DNA of 63,885 nucleotides, counting the filler, from Octopus bimaculoides (taxonomy: Eukaryota): NCBI RefSeq assembly GCF_001194135.2. It is 9 parts of 8 records of this genome, joined end to end, with 100 filler letters (N's around TTAATTAATTAA, not from the genome) between each part and the next. Parts side by side here need not be neighbours in the genome. Positions count along the whole stretch, not along the records: positions 18,456 to 27,285 come from NC_068991.1; positions 27,386 to 34,447 come from NC_068993.1; positions 34,548 to 38,334 come from NW_026374324.1; positions 38,435 to 40,361 come from NC_068995.1; 5 more parts are not named here. The stretch is one strand, 5' to 3'. Each line of letters begins with the position of its first letter. Position 1 is the stretch's first letter. The translations under genes and the position numbers were made by a program. The notes beneath the pieces are model-generated. The model was given only the letters and a program-made list of their open reading frames with translations, ran no database searches and was not told the DNA's origin. Of the stretch, positions 26,147 to 39,302 are shown piece by piece.

Positions 26147-26640
26147 GTGTCAGATGTAGCTGAGTGGTTGAGAAGTGTACTTCCTAACAGCAAGGTTTTG
26201 AGATCAAGTCCTTTATGTGGTATCTTGGGGGAAATGTCTTCTACCAGAGCTATGAGTCAACCAAAATCTCATGAAAGAAATCTGGGAGCTAGAATCTAGA
26301 AGAGATTATATAGTGTCAGGTATAGCTGTGTTGTTAAGAAATTTGCTTCCTAACAACAAGATTTTGAGTTCAAGTCCCATATGTGGTATCTTGGGGAAAA
26401 TGTCTTCTACCAGAGTTATGAGTCCGCCAAAATCTCATGAAAGAAATCTGGGAGCTAGAATCTAGAAGAGATTGTATAGTGTCAGATGTAGCTGAGTGGT
26501 TGAGAAGTGTACTTCCTAACAGCAAGGTTTTGAGTTCAAGTTCTTTATGTGGTATCTTGGGGGAAATGTCTTCTACAAGAGCTGAGTCAACCAAAATCTC
26601 ATGAAAGAAATCTGGGAGCTGGAATCTAGAAGAGATTATG
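26147..26640 (+). repeat. Three tandem 166-bp copies of a SINE-head-derived unit
   Basis: Units start at 26147, 26313 and 26479; A-box- and B-box-like motifs (GTAGCTGAGTGG, GAGTTCAAGTC). Confidence 0.85.
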
Positions 26641-27385
26641 GTTTTCAGTTCAATTCCATTATCTTTCATCTTTTACTTGTTTCAATCATTAGACTGCAGC
26701 CATGCTGGAGCACAACCTTGAAGAATTTTTAGTTAAGCCTGGTACTTATTCTATTGGTCTCTCTTGCTGAAGCACCAGGTTACAGGTTACTTAATTTATC
26801 AACCCCGAAAGGATGAAAGGCAAAGTTGACCTCGGCAGAATTTGAACTCAGAACATAGCAGCAGACGAAATACCGCTAAGCATTTTGCCCGGTGTGCTAA
26901 CGATTCAGCCAGCTCGCCGCCTTACAATTTCTAACTACTAAATTTCACGGCACCATTCACAGGGTATTGAGCAAGCAGAAATGAAAGCAGTAGAAGACAC
27001 TTGTCCAATGTGTCCCGCAATGATATTGAACCCAGAATCACATAGCTATAAAGACAAATTATTAACCCAATGACCGAACCTCTGTCCTTACTACAATAAT
27101 ACATTTACATGAGGTTCAAATGTCCCAAAGTCTTTGTTGATGATACCACCTCCTCCTACACATATTTCCAATCAATACAATTGATCATCTGCTTCATGTG
27201 GACGTTTCTGATGGATGATCAATGATACAAGTTGATGTAACAGGTTTTGTTTACCCCATGCTTACTCCAAATATATTTTTATCACNNNNNNNNNNNNNNN
27301 NNNNNNNNNNNNNNNNNNNNNNNNNNNNNTTAATTAATTAANNNNNNNNNNNNNNNNNNNNNNNNNNNNNNNNNNNNNNNNNNNN

Positions 27386-27417
<32 letters not shown>

Positions 27418-27656
27418 TGTGTGGCGTGTGTTTGTGTGTGTGTGACTTTAGAAAGAGAGAGATTGATTGACAAAGTCAAATCGGCAAATAAACGAAAGGA
27501 CACGGACATAAACACGGACCCTGAGTATAAGGACATAAAGAGAGAAAAAGGGGCGGGGGTCTTAATAAGGGACATAAGAGGCACAGAGACGGAATAACGA
27601 CAAAGTGAAAAAAAAAATACGATAAAGAAAGAGAGATCAAGAATGTGAGTACCTAC

Positions 27657-27900
27657 CCATTGTTGGTGTCGTCTAAGCTCTGTTGGTGTTGATTGTTCTG
27701 TTTATTGGAGGGGGCTGACGAAAAAATTGGCACCTTCGACTGAGAGCGGCTCTCTTTACGAGCACGTGTTGAAGCGGCTACAGTGGTGGACAGACTCATT
27801 TTGGATCACAGCACAGCAAGGAAACTTCGCTAACGGAGTTCGTTCTCACAGCACAGCAGCAGACGACTTCTTCCTCCACTACTTTTTACCTACTTCTTTG
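27657..27900 (-). other. Candidate 5' exon (UTR plus ATG-G) of a leftward-transcribed gene
   Basis: CpG-containing unique sequence with TCAGTC Inr-like motif, ending caacaATGG/GTAGGT (A at -3, G at +4), followed by a CT-rich intron start. Confidence 0.4.
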
Positions 27901-28263
27901 GTTCTGTGATATCGTGTTGATGATGGTGATAACAGAAGTGCTGGTGGTAGTAGTTGCTAGCTACTGGTGGTCGTGGTGATGATGGAGGTGGTAGTTGTGG
28001 TGGTAGTAGTGGCTCTTGTGGTTCGAGTAGTAGTAACGGCAACGGTGACAAAATAAAATGTGGAAGGTAGACGTTCTGAGGGTTTGACTACACCCAAGTC
28101 TACAAGAATCAACTGTGTAGCTATGTTTATATTTAGTTGAATGTGTAACTATCACTTTGTTCCTGTGAGTGGGTGTGTTTTTCTCTTTCAGTGGTTGATA
28201 ATATTTATACGTTAAAACTAATTATAAATACATCGACGAACGTGCGCGATTTAATTTCTGATA

Positions 28264-28314
<51 letters not shown>

Positions 28315-29399
28315 ACACGCACACACGCCTATTAACGTGTATGTACAGGTGCGATTGTGTATACACGGATAAACACGCACGCGTATACCTGTGTGTGTGT
28401 GTGTGTGTGGTTTCTATGTAATAAATACGATTCTATACACGTGTGTGTATGTTATGTGCTAGTGTGCCGAGTATGGAGTACCACTTGTTGCTAGAGATGT
28501 GTCGATCCAAGTAGGCTGAGATCCATGTTCAAAGCAGTGACGCTGTTTCTCTGACGTGAAATCTCTGTTATTCCAACGTGTTGTAGTCTCCAACTCTCTT
28601 CACCATTTCCACTTGATCAATTCTAATTTCTCTTACACTACTTTTTCAATTACCAATTACCGTTTGTAAACAATCTTCTCTGCTCTGGTTTTTCTACACA
28701 GTTTGTCTATGAGAATAGATTGATAGAAAGAGAGCGAGGAGGGGAGAGAGAGCGAAGAAGAGAAACAAAAACGAGAGAGAAAGAGAGAGAGAGAGCAGAG
28801 ATGCTCAAAGACTTTATTTATTCCTAAATTTAATCAAAAGGTATATACTAACATCCACACTCCATGGTGAATACTTTTATTAAATCCAGCACCTACTTGT
28901 TGCTGTTTCTGTTTTGATTTTTTTTTTGTTAAATATATTTGCGTGCGTACATGTGTGTGTGTGTTCGTTCTGTAGCTATTTCCCCTTTATCTTCTTTAGG
29001 AGATCCTCATTAACTTTTGATAACGTTCATGGGAATTACTTTTTCTTTTTTTTGCAATTTATCTTTAATGACAACGACGACGACGATACTGTTATGATAA
29101 TGATGCAGATGATGGTGATGATTTAAATATATTCTTGAGATGAAAACAGGGATTCCTTCTTGCCAAGGAATTCTTTTTCCAAATATTGATAATATTGTCA
29201 ATCCAAGTTACCAAATATCGAAATACTCATAACGCATGCATACATGCGTGCGTGTTTATGTGTGCATGCATATACATACATATACATATATATATATATA
29301 TATANNNNNNNNNNNNNNNNNNNNNNNNNNNNNNNNNNNNNNNNNNNNNNNNNNNNNNNNNNNNNNNNNNNNNNNNNNNNNNNNNNNNNNNNNNNNNNN

Positions 29400-29445
<46 letters not shown>

Positions 29446-29487
29446 CTTAGAAGTATATGGTCTTGTGCGTGTTTATTTGGCAACAGT

Positions 29488-30013
29488 TTACAAGGAAAGT
29501 GTACGGAGAAGGATGACACGTTCTGTTGTGTCAGGCGCTGTTGGAGGTCCTCCCTGGCTTAAGGTGACACTGTTATGTCTGAGTGGTGAATGTCGAATGT
29601 GGAATGGAGAGGAAACAATGATGACAAGATAAAAAAAAGAAAAAGATGATATAACCAACGAGGAGTACAGTAGTTCAGTGTGCAAGAATGATAATAATAA
29701 TAATAATAATTATTATTATTATTACTGTTGTCCGAGTGGTATTGGAGTGGTGCTGAGTATTGCAATGTGACGTAGTTTAGGTTGTGTTGAATGGATTAGG
29801 GTATGGATTAGTGGGGTAGGTAGGGGAAAGAAAGAAGATTAAGGAAATCGATAGTGGTGGTGTTGGTGTGTTGGTTGTAGTATGGCAGTGGTGATTGCGT
29901 GGTGGTGGTACTGTTATTGTTGCTGAGGTTTGGAGTGCGTGGTACGTCAGTCGGGGTGGTATGATGCTGACGTAGTACATAAGCGTGGAGTAAAGTGGTG
30001 AGGTCGAGAGCTC

Positions 30014-30055
<42 letters not shown>

Positions 30056-30246
30056 GGTGGTGGTGGTGGTGGTAGTTGCTGTTGCGGTAGTAGTACTTGT
30101 TATTTTGCTGCTGCTGCTGATGTTGTAGTTGTTGCGATGATGGTGATAGCGGTTTCCTTGCCTGTACTGAAAAGGTACGCGTCTCCCGCCACAGCTCCGC
30201 CAAAAGATCTGCGCTTCGTCTGTGACGACAACAGATCGCGCTCTGG
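29488..30246 (-). CDS. Candidate last two exons (30246-30162 and 29578-29488): ARARSVVVTDEAQIFWRSCGGRRVPFQYR/HNSVTLSQGGPPTAPDTTERVILLRTLSL*
   Basis: Both have pyrimidine-rich AG acceptors; phase 2 join via a GC donor (AG/GCAAGG); AATAAA about 11 nt after the stop; no homology recognised. Confidence 0.3.
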
Positions 30247-30264
30247 CTACAGACAAACGTGGGG

Positions 30265-30870
30265 AGAGAGAGGAGTTGGGGAGAGAGAGAAATGGAAGAA
30301 TAAGATAAGTGAGAGACAGAGAGAGAGACAGACAGAGAGAGAGAGAGAGAGAGAGAGTATTGTGTAGGAGGGAGAGAGAGAGTATGTGTGTAGGAGGGAG
30401 AGAGAGAAATGTGTATTAGAGAAAGATAGGGAGGACGGGGGTAAAGAGAGAAAAGGGTAAAGTAGATATGAAAGTGAAAGTGGTAGATAGAGAGGGGAGA
30501 GAGAGAAATAGTGGTAGAAATAAATAGAGAGAGGGAGAGAAAGAAACAGAGAAAAATGAGAGATACTGAGACAGAGAGAGGGAGAGAGAGGAAGGAAGGG
30601 AAATGCAGAGGAAAGAGAAAGAGGGATACCGGGAGAGAGGGTAAGAGAAAAAATAGATACCAAGAGGAGGAGAGAGATAGAAAGGCACCGAGAGGAAGAG
30701 AGAGAGAGACCAAGAGGAGAAAGAGAGATACTGAGAGGGGGAGAGACGAAAGAAAAAGAGAGAAAGAGGGATTGTGTTGTATAATACAGAGAGACGAAAG
30801 AAAAAGAGGGAGAGAAGGAAGTAAAGGTGAAAGGAATAGACACAGTGGATCATTCGATGTAGAGAGGGAG

Positions 30871-30933
<63 letters not shown>

Positions 30934-31229
30934 AGAAACAAAAGGAGGAGAGTGGGTGAGAAGAAAGACACAAAGAGAAAATAGGAAAGATCCTTTTTTG
31001 TGGAGAGAGATAAAGAGTGTGAGGGGGAGGAATGAAAAAAAGGAAGATAAAGATTCAAGGAAACCTAGGAAAAATAGAAAGTGGTAGTATTTAAAAAAAA
31101 GGGGGGGGAAAGAACTATTAAGAGAAACAAAAATGAAGAAANNNNNNNNNNNNNNNNNNNNNNNNNNNNNNNNNNNNNNNNNNNNNNNNNNNNNNNNNNN
31201 NNNNNNNNNNNNNNNNNNNNNNNNNNNNN

Positions 31230-31280
<51 letters not shown>

Positions 31281-31290
31281 GAGAGAGAAG
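30265..31290. repeat. Polypurine (GA)-rich tract
   Basis: Directly visible. Confidence 0.9.
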
Positions 31291-31711
31291 GGCAGAAAGA
31301 AAGTGAACGATTTACAGTCGTCTGCTGATTGCAGAGAGAGGGGGGTGGGAGAAGGGTCAGTTATCGGTCGTCTGCTACTGAAGGAGAAAGACCTTGGGGT
31401 GGGTGAGGCAGAGACAGACAGATAGGCAAAGAGAAAAGAAAGAGAAAGGCAAAAAGCAGAAAGGTAATAGAAAGAGACAGAATGGTGAAGGATATGGAAG
31501 AGGAAAACAAAGAGATGTTCTACAGTTGTCTGCTATGAAGAAATACATCCATACTCTTTCTCTTCTTCCTTTCCTTTCTTCTTTTCCAGTTTCCTTCTTT
31601 CTCTTTCATTCTTTTATGCTTTTCTCTTTCACTTCTCCTTCCCATTCTCTCCATCACTTAATATTCTCTCATCCATCTCTCTCTCAAATATCTTTCTTTC
31701 TCATGTATGTG

Positions 31712-31755
<44 letters not shown>

Positions 31756-31859
31756 CATCTATCTATCTATCTATCTATCTAGTTGTCTATCCATCTATCT
31801 ATCTTTCTGTTTATTATGCATCATTTGTAAATTGATGCAATTAGATTGAAATCTTGAAG

Positions 31860-32700
31860 AATTATGGGTCAGTATAGTATGGGAATACACAGGGAGAGTG
31901 TAAAACAAGAATACATGGGGGTTGCTGCACAGGGATACTACAAGTGGGAAGCGTAGTATGGGAGAGCACATGAGGGAAGATAGTAGGAATGCATGGGAGG
32001 AAATTCTTTTAGAGGTGGTATAGTGTGATAATACATAGGAAGGAAGGAAGGATAGTATAAGCAGAGTTAGGGTGGTGGATAAGAGGGGTAGTTTGCGTCA
32101 GGCAATGCTTGTATGGGAACAGGACCTTTTGGGGTATGCTGAATGAGCCTATACAGGTATGGAAGGGTGCAATCTCAAGGGCTGCCCCATGTGGCGCACA
32201 CTCATGTGTAGGTTTACATGAAAGAGGAGTAGTGTGGTGTGGGAATAAATGGGAGGAATTTGCAATGTGGGAATATGTTGGAGTGTTGTGTGGGGATTTG
32301 TGGGAAGGAAAGGAAAGGAAAGTGTGGGAAATGTGTGGAAGGGGAATGAGTAGTGTGGGAACACATGGGGAAGGGAATGAGAGTGTGGGAACACATGGCA
32401 AAGGAGTGTAGTGTGGGAATACATGGGGAAGGAGAGTAGTGTGGGAATATGTGGAAAGGGAGGGGAATGTGTAGGATGGTAATACATGAGAGGGATGTTT
32501 AGTGTGGGAAACATGGGAGGGCAGTGAATGTGGGAATAGAAGGGACAGGAATGTTATGTGGGAGTATATTGTGAGTATACATGGAAGTGTGAGTACACAT
32601 GGAAAGGATGTATAGCATGGAATAAGGGAAATGTATATGACAAAAGAATGCAGTGTAGGAATACAGGAGGGAAATGGAGTGTAGGAATTGAACCTGTAGG
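31860..32700. repeat. Degenerate GTGTGGGAA-type purine-rich minisatellite
   Basis: Recurrent AGTGTGGGAA(T/A) motifs. Confidence 0.8.
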
Positions 32701-33344
32701 GCCTCTGGGTAACTACCAAATGTGCCTAGATACACTATGTCTGGAAAAAACATGGAATGGCCTGACTAGAATACTTTGATTATACATCTACAAGATGGTC
32801 AGGACTAACTTGAGTTTTAACAACAACATGTCCATGCCACAACCGTTATCTTTTCTTTGTTGAGGAGGTTTAATAAAACTGAAACCTGTTCAGAATTGTG
32901 TCCCATACATATTGGATGATTAAGACAATATTAGCCATTAAGCTAATGTTCTCCTCTCTTCACAACATTACCATCATTAATTAGTGTCCACTTTTCCATG
33001 CTTGCATGGACTGGACAGAATTAATTGAGGCAGATGTTTTATGACCAAAATGCTCTTCCTGTCACCAATCCTTACCTGTTTTCAAGCAAGGTAATATTCT
33101 GCAATTGTCAGTCATGTTTTTTGCAGAATATTGGCAATGAATGCCGTTCATTTACAACAGTAACTGATGTCAAGACAAGGAGACACAAACACATACACAC
33201 TCACTTACACAACCACCCCACCACCCACCCAACCAAACACACACACACACACACACCCACATCAGTTTTTGAGGACACTTCTTTCAAGAGCTATAACTTT
33301 CTAACTTTTTTTTGTACCTTATTTTCAGAGAGATAATGTCAGAC

Positions 33345-33695
33345 ATCAGGTTGACCCAGCAAATCAAAGGACATGTTGTAATCGTTGCCTTAAAAGTGTA
33401 GCAGAGTGATACAGAGATAGCTCGCTTCTTAAAAGTTGCCCAATACTTTGTCATCATATTTTGAAAGAAACTGGAAGCTGCTGACAAGGATCCAAAATCA
33501 GTAGCTAAATGCAAATGCATGCACAGGGTCTTAACACCTAACTTTGTACAAAAAGTTCAAAAAATATTTGATAAAAACTCTGGAAGGTCAATCAGAGCCA
33601 TTGCTAAGGACCTCAAGCTTTCAGAACACACCATTAGAACAGTTGTGTGTGATGGCATCTGGTACAAGTTGTATGTGATACAGAGGGGTCATCTA
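33345..33695 (+). pseudogene. maT/DD37D-type transposase N-terminal fragment
   Basis: TPNFVQKVQKIFDKNSGRSIRAIAKDLKLSEHTIRTVV.DGIWYKLYVIQRG resembles the maT HTH region. Confidence 0.7.
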
Positions 33696-36124
33696 TAGTC
33701 ATTTTGGTGTATAAGTCAACCTACCTTTTCTGACTGCAAGTTTGGGTTTAAAAAATTCAACTCCATGCTAGAAAATAACTGAACACAAGTAGTGAATTAA
33801 AAAGGAAAATAACTCTTTATTAATGTCTTATAATTGTTTTCAAACATTTACCACTTGTGTTACAATGATTTCTTTTATTTTGGTCTCTAATATAATCAAA
33901 TGACCAACTGACCAGTGGCTTCCATATTGTCCTTAATCCTACACAGTTGTCTGCCCTTCCTTTAGAATTCTGAATCAAGGAATTTTTTTGTTCTCAAATG
34001 ATCTTAACTCCATTATAAGTTAATTAAATATTTAATTGCCTAATATATGGATTATAAAATATAAATATAGATATTTCTTACAGAGCATCAGTGCACTGTT
34101 AGAGATTTTTAAGCACTGGGTAGTAACATTTATAACTATTTTTTTTTTTAATTCAATAACAATAAAATAAATGAAACATAAAAATAAATAAAATAAATTA
34201 TATAAAATAAATAAAATAAAATAACTTCGAAACAAAACAAAACAAAACAAAAATCACTGCTTTCTTTTGTAAATAAATTGGTCGTTTTCCAGCTCAGCAG
34301 CGAAATACGTAATTTCTCTCCAAATCTTGTATTTGATAATATTTTTGGCAGTATTAATAATATACAGAGAATTGTAACACACAGAAAATAGAAAATCAAA
34401 TCTACATGCTGGAAAAATCTAAGGGAAATACAAAAATTGCATATTTANNNNNNNNNNNNNNNNNNNNNNNNNNNNNNNNNNNNNNNNNNNNTTAATTAAT
34501 TAANNNNNNNNNNNNNNNNNNNNNNNNNNNNNNNNNNNNNNNNNNNNGAACACTTCTCAAAAATAACCTGCAGTTCTTTCCTTCAAAATTCCTACATACT
34601 TGAAATGTACATACATCAAAGTATATTTGTAGAAAATTTCATGAAAAAATATTCATTTTCCTGGACGTTAAGAGGAATTTAAGTGGAATTTCCGAAAATT
34701 GTCCCCCACCCCCTCCCAAAACACTTTCCCCGAAACTTTTTGTATATTCGGAATCTACATAATAAATTATATATGCATAGAAAATTTCATAAAAAATATT
34801 CATTTTTCTGAAAGTTATCACCTTCCAAAGTCAGTGGGTACAACTCTGTAGTTATGCCACATTGATGAACATGAGTTATATTTTTGTGAATGATTGTGTT
34901 TACTTGCACGTGTATGCATTTGAGAGAACGAGAGAGGAAGAGGGGGAGAAATGAATAGGGATCGAGAGTAATGTGTATGTTGTTGTCACAGCTCATGTAT
35001 GTGTGGTTGTGTGTGTTTTTACGTATCTATGTTATGAAAAATATGTAAAGAATACTGAGATGAAAATTTAATCCATGACTATGTATGTATCACTTTCTCT
35101 CTCTCTCCCTCTCCCTCTTTTACTCTCTATATTTTTATGTTGAGTGCGTGTGTAAGAACGGCGTTCCAGGTAGAAGGGAAGAAATATAAAAGTTGCTAGA
35201 AACAACAGCCAAATCTCCCTTAAATCGCACAAAGTAAACGGAATTTAAAAAATCTAATTGCTGCACTGGAAAGTTCAGCTCGAGAAAATTCCATTGATGT
35301 AAAAAATTTTTACGAAAAAGTGGAAAATGTGGATTTCTATAAACTTTCAAAAAGGCTTCACACAAACACACAATTTCAGATTTATATATTAAGATATATA
35401 TATATATAAATATATTTATAGATATATTCTGTTGTGTCTGGGGAGAGTCATTTTCTTTTTGTGCTTTATAATTTAACACACTCACCAGTTAAATTTCCAC
35501 TTATTCCTTACTTTTATTTTCCTAAAATTTCCATTGCGTCTTGCAACCTTTTCAATAGTCTTGACTATCTGTTATTTACTGCATTCCTTATAGCTTGTTT
35601 GTGCGCATGTGTGTGGGTCAGTGTGTGTGTGTGTGTGTGTGTGTGCCTATGCATGCATGCATGTATGTATGCATGCATGTATGTATGCATGCATGTATGT
35701 ATGCATGTGTGTGTATGTATATATGTATTTGTATGCATATGTATATATGTATGTATGTGTGTTCATCTGTATGTATGTATTCTGCATATTCATGTGCTTG
35801 CATGTCCATGTTTGTGTATTTTTTATGTATGTGTATATGTGCATGTGTTTTTTTATGTATGCACCTCTGTCTCCTTGTGTGTGCATGTCTGTGTGTGTGT
35901 GTGTTTTGCAACTATGTATGTATGGATGTGCATCTCCATATGTGTGCTTGTGTAAAGTAAAGTATGTGTGTATATACGGTCGTGTGTTTCAGTCTCCATT
36001 TGCATATTTGTGCTTGTCTGTTCATATAACCTATGTACCTATCCGTCTGTATGTTGATCTGTTTATTTTCATAACCATATGCTTACATACATGAGCATAT
36101 ACACATATATACCCACACACACAC

Positions 36125-37850
36125 ATACATACATCTATCTACACTACCGTCACTAGAGTTGGTCCTAACTATGATATTAATGTCATCTACATATCTACTG
36201 TAGAATAGAAGAGTTGTGGACTGTTCTGCTAACATTTGTTTAAGCGTTCTGTCCCACCAGGTCATAAAGAGGCCAGCCACAACCCCAGCTACACCGACAG
36301 CGATGGCTGCACTTTGAACCTGCAGGTATAGTCTTTTGTTAAACTTTACTAAGTGGTTCTTCAAGGTGGTTTTTACACTGGCCCCTATTGCATTTGCAAT
36401 CATTTCTTTCACCTGAGTGTTGTTCTCAGGGTTTTGGGTGGGTGTAGTCCAGCCACTCCAGCACTCTGTTGTGTTTTTCTTCACTGCTGAAGTGATGGTG
36501 GGTGGTCTTCCCCTCTGTGAACTGGTAGGGCAGAATCTACTGAGGTCATGGTCATCTAAATAGTTACTATCATACCATAGTCTGAGGAGGAGGCTCAGTT
36601 CTCTCGTATTGATCTTACGAAATTCCACCTCACTTTCACAGATTACCTGGATGCATTTCTCCACAGCAAAATCTATGTCTATAGATGGGTAGAGTGAAAT
36701 CACATCCATACTACCCACTACACAACCTGTGAGTAGTTGCAAGTACTGATTTTACTGAGGAGATCTTCCATACTCACACAAACATCCGGAGACATCTCTA
36801 TGAGAGGTCGTAATACCTGTGAGAGGAAGTAGGACAGTCTATAGTTGCTGGAGATGTTTGCTCTGCAAACTGGTCTGGTTGGGGGCCCCATGACATGGTT
36901 TATGGTCTTTGCGCAACCCATATAGTGTAGAAACATCATTGTTGGATGCTTGGAAATTGTGTACCATCTTTTTTATAGGTTGCACCACATTCCCATGTGT
37001 GCATTGAGGAGTTTTTCAACTCTTTCATATTCCTGTGGTGTAACTTCTCTCATGCTACTGATGTGTTGTTGCATGGTCTGGACATAGTTCTGTCAGCTGT
37101 CTATTGACAGTCTGCCAGACTTGTCCGTAGGAAGGTACACTAATTCTCTGTTCCTAATCCGCTGTTTTAGTTTTTGTAGGTCTTTGTCAACAGATGAGCT
37201 GAGTTGATGGGTCCCCTCCTCACTATGTTTCTTAGTGGATTTGTTATATCGGACTTAGATATGTCGGAGTCTATTTCTAGCTAAGATCTTTGCTTCTGTT
37301 TCACTGTCAATTTGGGGTGTGATACATACCCTTTTATTAAAGGGTAAGTCTGTGGGTAGATCCTCGTCATAAGATTTGTTGTTAGGGTTATAGAAGACAG
37401 AGTGTGCAGTGTTATCATTGTGGTTGTTGTTATAGTTGCTGGTATTGTTGTTGCTGTTGCTGGTGGTGGTGGTGGTGGTGGTGGTAGTACTTGTGTTGTG
37501 CCTATTGTTATTGTGGGTGGTATTGATGTGGGTGGTGTTGTTGGTAGTGGTGTGGATGATGTGGTTGTTATCATTATCTGTGTGTGGGATGTTGTTGTTG
37601 TTATTGTTGCTATCATTATCGTTACTGTTGTTGTTATTATAATAGTTGTTTCTGTTTTGTACGTTTGTGTTGTTGTTGTTATAGTTGTCTGAGTGAGGAA
37701 TGTTGTGGTTGTCATTGTTGTTATTGCCACTATTTTTGTTGTCATCAACACTGCTATTTTTATTGTTGTTGTTTTGGTTTCATATGTTTGTGTTGTTGGT
37801 GTATTGTCCTAACCTCCATCTTAATTTTAAGAATGTGTAGCAAACTCATA
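36125..37850 (-). mobile_element. Penelope-like retroelement reverse transcriptase relic, 3'-truncated
   Basis: PTDKSGRL, PPTRPVC, MDVISLYPSI, YLQVQSAAIAVG and FYSRYVDDI motifs in ORFs 36718-36939 and 36083-36742; Thr-rich low-complexity upstream part. Confidence 0.8.
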
Positions 37851-38437
37851 AGAGGCGGAGAGAGAACGTAAGTTCGTTTGCCCGAACATGAGAAATTATT
37901 GATTTCCCATTGGTTAAAAATTACTGCCCATATACGAATTATGAACTTCGTTGAAGAAATCTTTCACGGGGTTACGGTTCTATGATTCGTGTATGAGTAG
38001 TTATAAAAACCCTGATTTTCGGCAAAATCTCCAGTGATCGTTGGATGTTACTCAAGTCCGCGACACTCACTCTTTTGAGTATAGGCTAATATATATGCCA
38101 TGTTCAATATTCAAATCCGACAATATTGAATTGTCGTGAAACCTTATTAGTTAGAATGAGAAACTAGTTAATGATAAATTTAAGTCGTAAATTCTCTACG
38201 ATGAAAAGCTTTGTTTCTAAATTTCTATAAATGTAAAAATATGTAATTAATAAATTAATGTAGAAACTTAATTCCTTTTACTTTTCGTTTCTTTCAACTT
38301 GTTGAATTTATTTCTGTATATTAATGAAACTGTANNNNNNNNNNNNNNNNNNNNNNNNNNNNNNNNNNNNNNNNNNNNTTAATTAATTAANNNNNNNNNN
38401 NNNNNNNNNNNNNNNNNNNNNNNNNNNNNNNNNNATA

Positions 38438-39099
38438 CAGGCATACCTCACCCTGTGCCGTTAATTGGTTCCAGGAGACACGACTTAAGTCGAATTAACT
38501 TTCTCTTGGCTAGGCTAGGTCGAATTTACTTGTCTCTAGGCTAAACCGATAATAACCATTCCCAGTTCTGTACTTTATTTGTGAATGCATTTCCAATAAT
38601 GCATGGTTAATAAAAACCTATCTAAAGCTTGCAAACAATTTAATTTTTTAATATTGTACAATAAAAAAAAGTCATCTAAATTTATGAATACAATTTGGCG
38701 GTGTTTACCGTACATCGCGGACGCTTTATTTATGAATGTGGTTTGCAATAGGACATGGTAAAATATGAACTCCGAAAAACCGATAAATAAGACAACACAG
38801 CTGACTATATAATTTCGTTCACTAAACTACACTACATTGTGGTGTGTATCTTAACATTTACTGTACGTATTTTAATATGATTTTATATGCTTTTAATCTT
38901 ATTTATTGTACAGTAATATGATTTTTTGTGCTTTTAACGGTTTTCTAGTGATTTTATGATTCCAGTAACTGTGGCGGACAGACGTAAAGTCGAGTAAAAC
39001 TAGTTAATTTGATTTTTATATTTCCATATATTATTTTTGAAAACGGACGTATAATCGAGAACAACTTAAATCGAAACTACTTAAACCGAGGTATGTCTG
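38438..39099. mobile_element. Non-autonomous Tigger/pogo-like DNA element (MITE)
   Basis: Terminal inverted repeats CAGGCATACCTC / GAGGTATGTCTG flanked by TA on both sides; no ORF. Confidence 0.75.
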
Positions 39100-39131
<32 letters not shown>

Positions 39132-39302
39132 TGTAGTTATGTTTATATTATATATATGCTTATATATTTTTCCGAATTTGTGTAAATGTGTATAGAATAA
39201 TANNNNNNNNNNNNNNNNNNNNNNNNNNNNNNNNNNNNNNNNNNNNNNNNNNNNNNNNNNNNNNNNNNNNNNNNNNNNNNNNNNNNNNNNNNNNNNNNNN
39301 NN

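Noticed and set aside
30012-31058. 348-aa Ser/Leu-rich ORF
   Set aside because: Antisense translation of a (GA)n tract
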